A stretch of DNA of 64,000 bases, from the NCBI GenBank assembly GCA_032250905.1, contig JAVVEQ010000010.1, forward strand, positions 12,000-75,999, in the 5' to 3' direction. The notes under the pieces are model-generated. The model did not search any database. It saw only the letters and a list, made by a program, of their open reading frames with translations, and was not told where the DNA came from. Position numbers and translations under genes: made by a program. Source of the stretch: Desulfotignum sp. Its GTDB lineage: Bacteria; Desulfobacterota; Desulfobacteria; Desulfobacterales; Desulfobacteraceae. Every line of letters begins with the position of its first letter. The stretch's first letter is position 1. Positions 22,917-32,220 of the stretch are shown here, in pieces.

Positions 22917-23659
22917 GAAAGAACCTCTCCCCGGGCGCTGATGGTCACCTGTGAAAATGGAATATCCATGCCGCTGTTTTCCAGGGCTTTCTTGATGATA
23001 TGAGGAAGTCCGGCGCAGCAGGGAACTTCCATGATCACCGCTGTAATGCTTTTAATACCGGATTTTTTGAACACGTCGGTCAATTTGTCCACATAGCCCT
23101 GGGCGTCATCAAATTTGGGACAACCGATCATAACGGCCCTGCCTGCCAGAAAATCCCTGTGAAACGAGGGGTATGCCACCGGTACACAATCGGCTGCGAT
23201 AACCAGGTCTGCATTCTTCAAAAACGGTGCCCCGGCCGGTACCAGACGGATCTGGACGGGCCAGTGTCCCAGTGCGGAGGGTCCACCGGAACCGGTTACC
23301 CTGGGCCGGCTGGCACAGTCACATGACGTCCCGGGAAAGGTTTTCAGGGCAGCAGACGGGCAACCTCCGGAAAAGACCGATTTTCCCTGGTCTGTCGATT
23401 TTTCAACTTCTGCCTGTTGTTTGAGCAGTTCATGGACCGCTGCTTCATCAAACTCATCTGCTTCCCTTTCCACGATACGCAGGGCACCCTGGGGACAGTC
23501 ACCCAGACAGGCCCCTAAGCCGTCACAATATTTGTCTGAAATGACTCGGGCCTTGCCATTTACGATCTGAATGGCGCCTTCTGCACAGGAAGGTACACAA
23601 TTGCCGCAACCATCGCATTTTTCATCATCAATTTCAATTATTTTTCTGAGCACTTTCAT
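22913..23659 (-). CDS. ferredoxin-domain Fe-S protein (type usually linked to hcp)
   Basis: CDGCGNCVPSC, CDGLGACLGDCP, HWPVQIRLVP, AADC, GCPKFDD and MEVPCC. Confidence 0.8.
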   Translation of the reverse strand: MKVLRKIIEIDDEKCDGCGNCVPSCAEGAIQIVNGKARVISDKYCDGLGACLGDCPQGALRIVEREADEFDEAAVHELLKQQAEVEKSTDQGKSVFSGGCPSAALKTFPGTSCDCASRPRVTGSGGPSALGHWPVQIRLVPAGAPFLKNADLVIAADCVPVAYPSFHRDFLAGRAVMIGCPKFDDAQGYVDKLTDVFKKSGIKSITAVIMEVPCCAGLPHIIKKALENSGMDIPFSQVTISARGEVLS

Positions 23660-23705
23660 GATCTGATTCCTTTTTTTATACTATCGTTTAACATGGTATG
23701 TTTTG

Positions 23706-24440
23706 TCATCCGTGCTGGATCAACGTCTGTCTGGCCAGTTCTTTGCCGGCATCCGTCAGATAGCTGTTATCGATCTTTAGGGCCAGGGTGTCTGCATCGA
23801 TCTGTTTTTTCCCCTGGCAGTCTTGCATGTTGGCCAGCATATCCGCATCATAGACCACTTTGAAGTCACAGGTTTCCGGATCTTTGGGTTGATGATGGTG
23901 TGAAATGATGTCACACACCTCATTTATCAGCGCTTCTTTGGCCCCCAGATCCTCCAGGATCTTTCTGGCCACCGGCGGACCCTCGACGTGCTGATATTTT
24001 GCCTCTGCAGACCCATATTTTTCTTCTGCATTTTTGATTCCGATATCATGAAGATACGCCGCACAAAGAACCACAGCCATATTGGCTTTTTCTTTTTTTC
24101 CGATCTTTTCCGCATACCGGGCAACCCTTCCGGCATGGCCGATGCGTTTGAAATCCTTACCAAAATACTGTTTCATCTTCACCGCCACCCGATCCTTTAA
24201 CAGATCTTCCTGCTGGGCCACAAACTCTTCCGGCAAGGTGCCCAGACATTGTTCAGCAAACTTGCAGTAGGCGGCACAGCCGAAATCCATTTTCGGATTC
24301 ACAATCTTCTTTTTGCAGTGGCCGCATCTCCGGGTGGCATCATCCTTGAAAAATTCCATTACATGACCGCATTCTGGACAGTGGGTTTCAAAAATTGCAT
24401 TCTGGTCCCAATACTGGGTATCTTGTCCCGGACACTTCAT
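23706..24440 (-). CDS. HD-domain protein with a Cys-rich N-terminal domain
   Basis: Eight Cys in the first 65 aa. HD core HAGRV...YLHDIG...HHH...DAD. Confidence 0.85.
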   Translation of the reverse strand: MKCPGQDTQYWDQNAIFETHCPECGHVMEFFKDDATRRCGHCKKKIVNPKMDFGCAAYCKFAEQCLGTLPEEFVAQQEDLLKDRVAVKMKQYFGKDFKRIGHAGRVARYAEKIGKKEKANMAVVLCAAYLHDIGIKNAEEKYGSAEAKYQHVEGPPVARKILEDLGAKEALINEVCDIISHHHQPKDPETCDFKVVYDADMLANMQDCQGKKQIDADTLALKIDNSYLTDAGKELARQTLIQHG

Positions 24441-24540
24441 AGTCCACCTTCCGTCAAAAAATTGATTCCTTCATCCAATCGTCAAATTGGCAATCTGCTT
24501 TACATCCTGGTGCAAAGTTACTATAAATCTAAATGAAAAA

Positions 24541-24558
24541 CCTTGACCTGGATCAAGG
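24541..24558. promoter_or_regulatory. Fnr/HcpR-type binding site
   Basis: CCTTGA-N6-TCAAGG. The core TTGAC-N4-ATCAA is 9/10 to the FNR box and is centred at -41.5 relative to a minus-strand -10 TAACTT (24520-24515). Confidence 0.75.
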
Positions 24559-24630
24559 GGGTCGTTTTTTTTGACAATTTTAAAAAAAATATCCCCGGTT
24601 GTCGATCACTGACCTACTGACAGGAGCAGA

Positions 24631-25311
24631 ATACCTATCAATATTTTAAAAACCATTCCTCTTTTCTCAGGATTGTCGGAGGATCAGTTGAAGATCCTTT
24701 CCGGTATTGCCGTCCGCCTGACATTCAACCGCACAGAAATCATTTTCCAGGATGGGGACAAGGGCGATGGGATCTATATTGTCGAAACAGGAAAAATAAA
24801 AGTCTATAAACTGTCCCTGGACGGCAAGGAACAGATTCTTCATATTTTCGGACCCGGCCACACGTTTGGAGAAGTGCCGGTTTTCCAGGGAAAAAGCTTT
24901 CCCGCCTCCGCCATGGCGCTGGAACCGTCGGATATCGTTTTTCTGCCCAGAGACCGGTTTGTGGAACTCATCACCACGACTCCGGCGCTGAGTATGAACA
25001 TGCTGGCCGATCTTTCCAGGCGGCTTCGGGCCTTTACCATTCAGATCGAAGCGTTGAGCCTGAAGGAGGTGCCGGCCCGGCTGGCCGCCTATTTCCTTAC
25101 CTTGTCAAAAGAACAGAAAAACGCTGCCCGGATCCGCCTTCCCATCTCCAAGGCCCTGCTCTCAAACCTCATCGGTACCACACCGGAAACCATATCCAGA
25201 ATGCTCAAAAAGATGGGGGATGCCGGATTGATAGAGGTACAGACCCGAACCATCGAAATACTCGACAGAGAAAGTCTGATCGAACTGTCTGAATCCGGCC
25301 GGTTGCAATAA
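24631..25311 (+). CDS. hcpR: Crp/Fnr-family regulator (HcpR-like)
   Basis: cNMP-binding fold (IFQDGDKGDG...GEVPVF), LSLKEVPARLA and the HTH GTTPETISR. Divergent from Fe-S genes. The homologous N-terminus IPINILKTIPLFSGLSEDQL extends back to an ATA after CAGGAG. Confidence 0.8.
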   Translation: MPINILKTIPLFSGLSEDQLKILSGIAVRLTFNRTEIIFQDGDKGDGIYIVETGKIKVYKLSLDGKEQILHIFGPGHTFGEVPVFQGKSFPASAMALEPSDIVFLPRDRFVELITTTPALSMNMLADLSRRLRAFTIQIEALSLKEVPARLAAYFLTLSKEQKNAARIRLPISKALLSNLIGTTPETISRMLKKMGDAGLIEVQTRTIEILDRESLIELSESGRLQ

Positions 25312-25512
25312 CCTGACAAACCGGGAGACAGACTGCTTTTTATACTGGACTAAAATTTATTGTCGTGGCATAACTAACCCATACGGTTTTAAATTCGGAG
25401 CACGGGTCACTTTGAATTTCAAACATCATCATGAAAATTCACTCTTATTGGGACAGAAAACGTCCTTAAAATCATTGTCACATGCCCAACCATCTTGCCA
25501 AGGAGGAAAAAA

Positions 25513-27240
25513 ATGGGAAAACTGCTGAGAATCAACACAAAAGAAAAAAAGTTCACCTTTGAAGAAACCCCTGAAACGTATGCCGGTCTGGGCGGAAGAG
25601 CCTTGACATCCAAAATGATTCTGGATGAGGTTCCGGCCACCTGCCATCCTTTGGGAAAAAACAACAAACTCATCTTTGCTCCCGGTGTCCTGTCAGGCTC
25701 CCCGGCCGCAGATTCGGGCCGACTTTCCGCCGGTGCCAAATCTCCTTTGACCGGCGGGATCAAGGAAAGCAACGCCGGCGGCCTGGTATCCCAGAAACTG
25801 GCAAAACTGGGGATCACCGCCCTGATTCTGGAAGACAAACCCGAAGGCAACGATTACAGCCTGATCAAAATTGATAAAGACGGTGTGTCGATTCTGCCGG
25901 CAGTCGATCTGGTCAAAAAAGGCAACTATGCCGTCATGGAAGCGTTGTGGGACAAGTACGGCAAGAATGTCGGCGTACTCAGTATCGGCCAGGCCGGTGA
26001 ACAATGCCTGAAAGGCGCATCCATCAACCAGACGGACATGAACGGCCGTCCCGGACGGGCCCATGGCAGAGGTGGGCTGGGCGCAGTCATGGGATCCAAA
26101 AAAATAAAGGCCATTGTCGTGGATGACTCCGGCGCACCACGGGTGGAAATCAAAGATCCCGAAGCGTTCAAGGCAGCCAACAAACGCTGGGTGAAGATGC
26201 TCCGGAACCATCCGGTCACAGGCGAAGGCCTGCCGGCGCTGGGCACGGCCGTGCTGGTGAATGTCATCAACGAGGCCGGAACCCTGCCCACCAAAAACTT
26301 CCGCTCCGGCCGGTTTGACCATGCCCAGGCCATTTCCGGAGAAGCCATGGCGGAAACCATTGAAAAACGCAACGGCATCACCACCGAAGGATGTCATCCC
26401 GGATGTGTAATCAAATGCTCCAATGTCTATCATGGCAAAGACGGCAATTACCTGACCTGCGGGTTCGAGTATGAAACCATCTGGGCATTCGGTGCCCATA
26501 CCACCATATCGGATATGGACCATATCGCCACCCTGGACCGGCTGTGTGATGACTTCGGACTGGACACCATTGAAACCGGGGTAACCATCGGGATTGCCAT
26601 GGAAGGCGGCATGATCCCATGGGGGGACGGCCAGGCGGCCATCGACCTTCTCTCCAAAGTGGGGGAATACGCCCCCGAAGGAAAAATCATCGGAAACGGG
26701 GCCCTGTTCACCGGAGACGCTTTAGGCGTGGACCGGGTGCCGGTTGTGAAAAGGCAGGCGTTGCCGGCCTATGATCCCAGAACCTGCAAAGGGGTGGGGG
26801 TCACCTATGCCACCACGCCCATGGGCGCGGACCATACCGCCGGATACGGGGTGACCGCCAATATCCTGAGTGTCGGCGGCTCCATCGACCCCCACAAGAA
26901 CGAAGGCAACATCGAACTGTCCCAGGGTCTGCAGATCGCCACCGCAGCCATAGATGCGGCCGGCCTGTGTCTGTTCGTGGCCTTTGCGGTCCTGGACAAT
27001 GAAGACGGGCTGCCCACCATCGCCCAGATGCTCAATGCCCGGTACGGCCTGAACCTGACCCCGGACGACATTCTGGAACTGGGAAAATCCATTCTCAGGA
27101 ATGAAAAGGAATTCAACAAAAAAGCCGGGTTCACTGAAATCGATGATCAGCTGCCGGAAATGTTCTCCGAACCGGTTCCACCGCACAATATCCCATGGAA
27201 CTTCACGATTGAGGATCTCCAGAAAACCCTGAATTTTTAA
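25513..27240 (+). CDS. aor: aldehyde:ferredoxin oxidoreductase family (tungstopterin)
   Basis: KSPLTGGIKESNAGG, GRGGLGAVMGSKKIKAI, Cys ligands GCHPGCVIKC...CDDFGLDTIE and PAYDPR. AGGAGG RBS. Confidence 0.93.
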   Translation: MGKLLRINTKEKKFTFEETPETYAGLGGRALTSKMILDEVPATCHPLGKNNKLIFAPGVLSGSPAADSGRLSAGAKSPLTGGIKESNAGGLVSQKLAKLGITALILEDKPEGNDYSLIKIDKDGVSILPAVDLVKKGNYAVMEALWDKYGKNVGVLSIGQAGEQCLKGASINQTDMNGRPGRAHGRGGLGAVMGSKKIKAIVVDDSGAPRVEIKDPEAFKAANKRWVKMLRNHPVTGEGLPALGTAVLVNVINEAGTLPTKNFRSGRFDHAQAISGEAMAETIEKRNGITTEGCHPGCVIKCSNVYHGKDGNYLTCGFEYETIWAFGAHTTISDMDHIATLDRLCDDFGLDTIETGVTIGIAMEGGMIPWGDGQAAIDLLSKVGEYAPEGKIIGNGALFTGDALGVDRVPVVKRQALPAYDPRTCKGVGVTYATTPMGADHTAGYGVTANILSVGGSIDPHKNEGNIELSQGLQIATAAIDAAGLCLFVAFAVLDNEDGLPTIAQMLNARYGLNLTPDDILELGKSILRNEKEFNKKAGFTEIDDQLPEMFSEPVPPHNIPWNFTIEDLQKTLNF

Positions 27241-27268
27241 CTTTCTGTTTTTGAATTCTTGACTCCTG

Positions 27269-27304
27269 CATCAGGGCGGAAAAAAGTTTTTTTCCGCCCT
27301 GATG
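27269..27304 (+). terminator. long hairpin after aor (probable terminator)
   Basis: CATCAGGGCGGAAAAAA / TTTTTTCCGCCCTGATG, perfect 17-bp arms. Confidence 0.65.
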
Positions 27305-27402
27305 TGATTTTCTGGATTTATCCCGCCTGTTCTGATATATCTTTCATTCAACTTTGAAAATAAGCTGCTTTTTAAACCACTTAACAAAATTGAACCGTAT
27401 TT

Positions 27403-28701
27403 ATGATGAAACTGTTTGAATATCCATCCACCGAAGCCCGGGCGCGTGTCAAAAGTATCATCGATAGGGGTTTGGGCTTTTCCCGGGCGGATTACGACAA
27501 CGTACTGGGATTTGTCGATGATGTCAGAACCCGGGGGGATGAGGCCCTGATCGACTATACCAACCGGTTTGATTCCAAGGCTGTCGGACCGGACACCCTC
27601 AAGGTGACAGATGCGGAATTTGAACACGCCCTGGCATCCGTGGATTCCCGATTCCTGGACACACTGGAACGGGCCATTGAACAACTCACCCGGTTCCATG
27701 CGAAACAGAAACAGAACGCCTGGATCGACACCCCGAGAAACGGGGTCATGGTGGGACAGCTGGTTCGGCCGGTAGGGGCTGCCGGCATCTATGTCCCCGG
27801 CGCCAAAGGCGGAAAAACGCCGCTGGTGTCCTCCGTGCTCATGGGAGGAATCCCCGCAAAAGTGGCGGGTGTTTCAACCATCGCTGTGATGACCCCGCCC
27901 ATGGAAACCGGCGAAGTCAATCCGCATATTCTGGCAGCGGCTGCAAAAATGGGCATTACCTCCGTGTTCAAGGCAGGCAGTGCCTGGGCCATCGCAGCCC
28001 TTGCATATGGCACCCGGCAGGTGCCCAAAGTGGATGTTATTGTGGGACCGGGCAACATCTATGTCACCCTGGCCAAAAAAATTGTGGCCGGCACGGTGGG
28101 GATTGACATGATCGCCGGGCCCAGCGAAATCCTCATCATAGCGGATCATACGGCAGACCCGGACTTCGTGGCCGCCGACCTGCTGTCCCAGGCGGAACAT
28201 GATGCCATGGCATCCGCCATTCTGGTGACCGATTCCAGAACACTTGCCCGGCAGACCGTCGACACCCTGGAACGGCAGCTCAAAGCCCTGACCCGGCAGG
28301 ACACGGCCCGGCAGTCCATTGACAATTTCGGGGCCATCATGGTGGTCCCGGACATAAAAACCGGCATTGATCTGTCCAACCAGCTGGCCCCGGAGCATCT
28401 GGAACTGATGGTATCCAGCCCCTTTGACTATCTTGACCGGATTCAGAATGCCGGGGCCCTTTTTCTGGGACATTACACCCCGGAACCCATGGGGGATTAT
28501 ATTGCCGGTCCCAACCATGTCCTGCCCACAGCCGGCACGGCCCGGTTCTCCTCTGCGCTGAGCGTGGACCATTTCATCAAAAAAACCAGCCTGATTCATT
28601 ATTCAAAAACCGCTTTTGAAAACGAGGCAGACGATGTGATCCGTCTGGCGGAGATCGAAGGGTTGACCGCCCATGCCAATTCCGTGAAAATCAGAAAATA
28701 A
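27403..28701 (+). CDS. hisD: histidinol dehydrogenase
   Basis: YVPGAKGG, VGPGNIYV, DMIAGPSE, DLLSQAEHD, APEHLE, GDYIAGPNHVLPT and LTAHANSV. Confidence 0.97.
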   Translation: MMKLFEYPSTEARARVKSIIDRGLGFSRADYDNVLGFVDDVRTRGDEALIDYTNRFDSKAVGPDTLKVTDAEFEHALASVDSRFLDTLERAIEQLTRFHAKQKQNAWIDTPRNGVMVGQLVRPVGAAGIYVPGAKGGKTPLVSSVLMGGIPAKVAGVSTIAVMTPPMETGEVNPHILAAAAKMGITSVFKAGSAWAIAALAYGTRQVPKVDVIVGPGNIYVTLAKKIVAGTVGIDMIAGPSEILIIADHTADPDFVAADLLSQAEHDAMASAILVTDSRTLARQTVDTLERQLKALTRQDTARQSIDNFGAIMVVPDIKTGIDLSNQLAPEHLELMVSSPFDYLDRIQNAGALFLGHYTPEPMGDYIAGPNHVLPTAGTARFSSALSVDHFIKKTSLIHYSKTAFENEADDVIRLAEIEGLTAHANSVKIRK

Positions 28702-28783
28702 TTGACTGCCCGGCTGTTTTTAAACTATATTGGGCGGTTGTATAAAATTTTGACAAAAACCCATACCTGAAGACATAACCACC

Positions 28784-30043
28784 ATGCAGACCATTCGAGG
28801 GTTCAGAGACATACTGCCGGAACATATCCGGTTGTGGCAGAAAGTGGAAAACCAGGCGTTTGAGCTTTTCAACGCATTTGGATACCAGGAAATACGCATC
28901 CCGGTCCTGGAAAAAACCGAATTGTTCGCCCGGAGCATCGGAGAGGCCACAGATATTGTCGAAAAAGAGATGTACACCTTTGACGATCGGAACCGTGACA
29001 AACTGACCTTGCGGCCGGAAGCCACCGCCTCTATCTGCCGGGCCTATATTCAGCACAAACTGTATGCCACCGAACCGGTCAGAAAATTTTATATGACCGG
29101 CCCCATGTTCCGGCGGGAAAGACCCCAGAAAGGACGCTACCGCCAGTTTTATCAGATCGATGCTGAAGTGTTCGGTATCGATGCCCCATATGTGGACTGT
29201 GAACTGATTTTTTTACTGCACGAATTGTTCAAACGATTGGGTCTCACCGGTCTGACCGCCCATATCAACAGCCTGGGATGCCCGGACTGCCGCCCCCGGT
29301 TCACCCGGGCCCTGCTGGATTTTCTGGAAGTCCGCAAACAGGACCTGTGTGATATCTGCAACCGGCGAATGGACCGGAACCCGCTGCGGGTCCTGGACTG
29401 CAAGACACAGACCTGCCAGGCGGCTTTAGCCGGTGCACCGGCCACCGTCGATCATTTGTGTCCAGCGTGTGAGAGCCATTTCAATACCGTAAAAACCACC
29501 CTGGAAAAACAATCGGTGGATTTTTCGGTTGATAAATCCCTCGTACGGGGTCTGGACTATTACACCCGAACCGCCTGGGAAATTCAGACCACCAGCCTGG
29601 GCGCCCAGAGCGCTGTGGCCGGCGGGGGGCGATATGACGGCCTGGTTAAAGAACTGGGCGGTCCCGACACCCCTGCCATCGGATTTGCCATCGGGTTCGA
29701 CCGGCTGGTGGAGATCATGGAACAGCTGACCCCTTTGCCACCGGAGCCCGGACCGGATCTGTTCATCGTGGCGTTGGGAGAGTCAGCCATGGAAATGGCG
29801 TATCACCTGTCCTGCAACCTGAACCAGGCCGGCATCAGAACCGATACAGACTTTCGGGGAAAAAGCCTGAAAGCACTGATGAAACGGGCGGACAAACTCA
29901 ATGCCCGGTATGTGCTCATAGCCGGACAATCGGAGATGGAAGACAATGCCCTGATTCTTCGAAACATGACAACAAAAGAACAGATCTCCATATCCTTGGA
30001 TCAGCTGTTACCTGAAATTGAAACCCTGTTGAAAAACAAATAA
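28784..30043 (+). CDS. hisS: histidine--tRNA ligase
   Basis: LRPEATAS, FRRERPQKGRYRQF, LVRGLDYY and GGRYDGL. Confidence 0.98.
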   Translation: MQTIRGFRDILPEHIRLWQKVENQAFELFNAFGYQEIRIPVLEKTELFARSIGEATDIVEKEMYTFDDRNRDKLTLRPEATASICRAYIQHKLYATEPVRKFYMTGPMFRRERPQKGRYRQFYQIDAEVFGIDAPYVDCELIFLLHELFKRLGLTGLTAHINSLGCPDCRPRFTRALLDFLEVRKQDLCDICNRRMDRNPLRVLDCKTQTCQAALAGAPATVDHLCPACESHFNTVKTTLEKQSVDFSVDKSLVRGLDYYTRTAWEIQTTSLGAQSAVAGGGRYDGLVKELGGPDTPAIGFAIGFDRLVEIMEQLTPLPPEPGPDLFIVALGESAMEMAYHLSCNLNQAGIRTDTDFRGKSLKALMKRADKLNARYVLIAGQSEMEDNALILRNMTTKEQISISLDQLLPEIETLLKNK

Positions 30044-30069
30044 CCCATTTTTTATAAAGGACAGACCCG

Positions 30070-31857
30070 GTGAGTGACTTACTAGGCAATATGAAACGAA
30101 CCCATTTTTGTGCAGATCTTCGGGAAACAGACATTGACAAGACCGTGGTGCTGATGGGATGGGTCCAGCACCGCCGGGATCATGGCGGGGTCATTTTTGT
30201 AGACCTGCGGGACCGGGAAGGCATCACTCAAGTGGTTTTCAACCCTTTGATTTCACCCGTGGTTCATGAAAAAGCACAGGAAATTCGAAACGAATTCGTC
30301 CTGGGAATTAAAGGAAAAGTGGCGGCCCGGCCCGCAGACATGCGCAATTCCAGGATGGTCACAGGCGCCATAGAAATCCTGGTTGAAGAACTCAGAATAT
30401 TTTCCAGGGCCAGGACCCCGATTTTCCATATTGAAGACCGGGTGGAAGCCTCTGAAAACATCCGGCTGCAATACCGGTATCTGGACCTGCGGCGGCCCCA
30501 GCTGAAACGCAATATACTGGCCAGACACAAGGCCACCATGGCCATTCGAAACTATCTGGATCAGAACGGGTTCATCGATATTGAAACCCCTTTTCTGACA
30601 AAATCAACACCGGAAGGCGCCAGGGATTATCTGGTTCCCTCCCGGGTCAACCCGGGCCAGTTCTATGCCCTGCCCCAATCTCCCCAGCTGTTCAAACAGC
30701 TGCTCATGATCAGCGGTTTTGACCGGTATTATCAGATTGTCAAATGTTTCAGAGATGAAGACCTGCGGGCGGATCGTCAGCCCGAATTCACCCAGATCGA
30801 CATGGAACTGTCTTTTGTCAATGAAGAACAGATCATGGAAACTGCCGAAGGGCTGATCAAAGTCATTTTCAAAAACGTGCTGACCATGGATCTCAAGACC
30901 CCTTTCCCCAGACTGACCTATACCGAAGCCATGGATCGTTTCGGCCTGGACCGCCCGGATCTGCGGTTTGATCTGGAACTGGTGAATGTCTCTGATATCG
31001 TTGAACATACCGGTTTCAAACTGTTTTCCAACGTTATAAAAAGCAACGGGCTGGTTAAAGCCATCAATGCCAAAGGCTGTGCATCATTTACCCGTAAACA
31101 GATAGACGAACTTACGGAATTTGCCGCTGTCTACCGGGCAAAAGGGCTGGCCTGGATCAAAATCAAAGAGGACCAGTGGCAGTCACCCATTGCCAAGTTT
31201 TTCACGGATGATGAAAAAAAGGCCCTGACGGACCGCCTGAATCTGGAACCGGGAGACATTGTTTTTTTTGTGGCGGACCAGCCTGCCATTGCCAACGAAG
31301 CCCTGGGCCAGCTGAGAAATGAACTGGCCCGGCGGTTAAGCTTGATTCCTGAAGGCCTATTTTCATTCACCTGGGTAACCGATTTCCCTTTGATGGAATA
31401 CGACGAAACAGAAAAACGCTACCAGGCCCTGCACCACCCGTTTACCGCTCCCAATGAAAAAGACATTCCCAAACTCGACACAGCGCCCCTTGATGTCAGC
31501 TCCAGGGCCTACGATCTGGTACTCAACGGGGTGGAAATCGGCGGCGGCAGTATTCGTATCCATGATACCGCGCTTCAGGAAAAAGTGTTGGCCTGTCTGG
31601 GCATCTCTGAGGACCAGGCCCGGGAAAAATTCGGGTTTCTTCTGGAGGCCCTGGATTCCGGGGCGCCTCCCCACGGTGGCATCGCCTTTGGTCTGGACCG
31701 CCTGATCATGCTGCTGTGCCGGGAAGATTCCATCCGCAATGTCATTGCGTTTCCCAAAACCCAGAAAGCCACCTGTCCGCTGACGGACGCACCTTCGTTC
31801 GCATCCTCGGCCCAGTTACTGGAACTGGGCATCCGGACAGCCAAAATCGGGGAATGA
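30070..31857 (+). CDS. aspS: aspartate--tRNA ligase (probably non-discriminating Asp/Asn type)
   Basis: RRDHGGVIFVDLRD, STPEGARDY, CFRDEDLRADRQPEF and PHGGIAFGLDR. GTG start. Confidence 0.97.
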   Translation: MSDLLGNMKRTHFCADLRETDIDKTVVLMGWVQHRRDHGGVIFVDLRDREGITQVVFNPLISPVVHEKAQEIRNEFVLGIKGKVAARPADMRNSRMVTGAIEILVEELRIFSRARTPIFHIEDRVEASENIRLQYRYLDLRRPQLKRNILARHKATMAIRNYLDQNGFIDIETPFLTKSTPEGARDYLVPSRVNPGQFYALPQSPQLFKQLLMISGFDRYYQIVKCFRDEDLRADRQPEFTQIDMELSFVNEEQIMETAEGLIKVIFKNVLTMDLKTPFPRLTYTEAMDRFGLDRPDLRFDLELVNVSDIVEHTGFKLFSNVIKSNGLVKAINAKGCASFTRKQIDELTEFAAVYRAKGLAWIKIKEDQWQSPIAKFFTDDEKKALTDRLNLEPGDIVFFVADQPAIANEALGQLRNELARRLSLIPEGLFSFTWVTDFPLMEYDETEKRYQALHHPFTAPNEKDIPKLDTAPLDVSSRAYDLVLNGVEIGGGSIRIHDTALQEKVLACLGISEDQAREKFGFLLEALDSGAPPHGGIAFGLDRLIMLLCREDSIRNVIAFPKTQKATCPLTDAPSFASSAQLLELGIRTAKIGE

Positions 31858-31882
31858 CCTTAAAATTTCTATCTAAACATGA

Positions 31883-31916
31883 ATGCCCGTCGGGGAAAAC
31901 CCTTCCCGACGGGCAT
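31883..31916. terminator. hairpin between convergent aspS and minE
   Basis: ATGCCCGTCGGG-N10-CCCGACGGGCAT, a perfect 12-bp stem. No clear U-tract. Confidence 0.5.
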
Positions 31917-31939
31917 ATGAAACCAAAAACCGGGTTGTG

Positions 31940-32206
31940 TTAAACCCGTTTTCGTTTGACTTGAAGAATGGGGGTATTGAAAACCAGGGCCGACACATTG
32001 TCATCCCGTTTGACTTTCAATTCCAAAGCGTCTTTGTCAATCTCGAAATATTTTGAAATCACATCCACAATATCCTGCTGAAGGTCGGTCAAAGTGGTGT
32101 CGTTGACCTCGAGTTTGTCATATATCAAAGAGAATTGTAGACGCTTTTTGGCGGCATCCTTGCTGTTCTTTTTACCGATGAACCGTTTCAATAATCCGCT
32201 GAGCAT
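31940..32206 (-). CDS. minE: cell division topological specificity factor
   Basis: SKDAAKKRLQ and LQQDIVDVISKY. The start MLSGLL follows a GGAGG RBS. Confidence 0.92.
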   Translation of the reverse strand: MLSGLLKRFIGKKNSKDAAKKRLQFSLIYDKLEVNDTTLTDLQQDIVDVISKYFEIDKDALELKVKRDDNVSALVFNTPILQVKRKRV

Positions 32207-32220
32207 GCAACGCCTCCTTC

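Noticed and set aside
15417-23708. Selenocysteine read-through at TGA stops of the MoaD-like, Fe-S and HD genes
   Set aside because: I saw no SECIS-like hairpin or homologous continuation after the stops, and none falls at a catalytic Cys position.
25312-25512. Possible sigma54 promoter upstream of aor (TGGCAT...)
   Set aside because: No GC at the -12 position.
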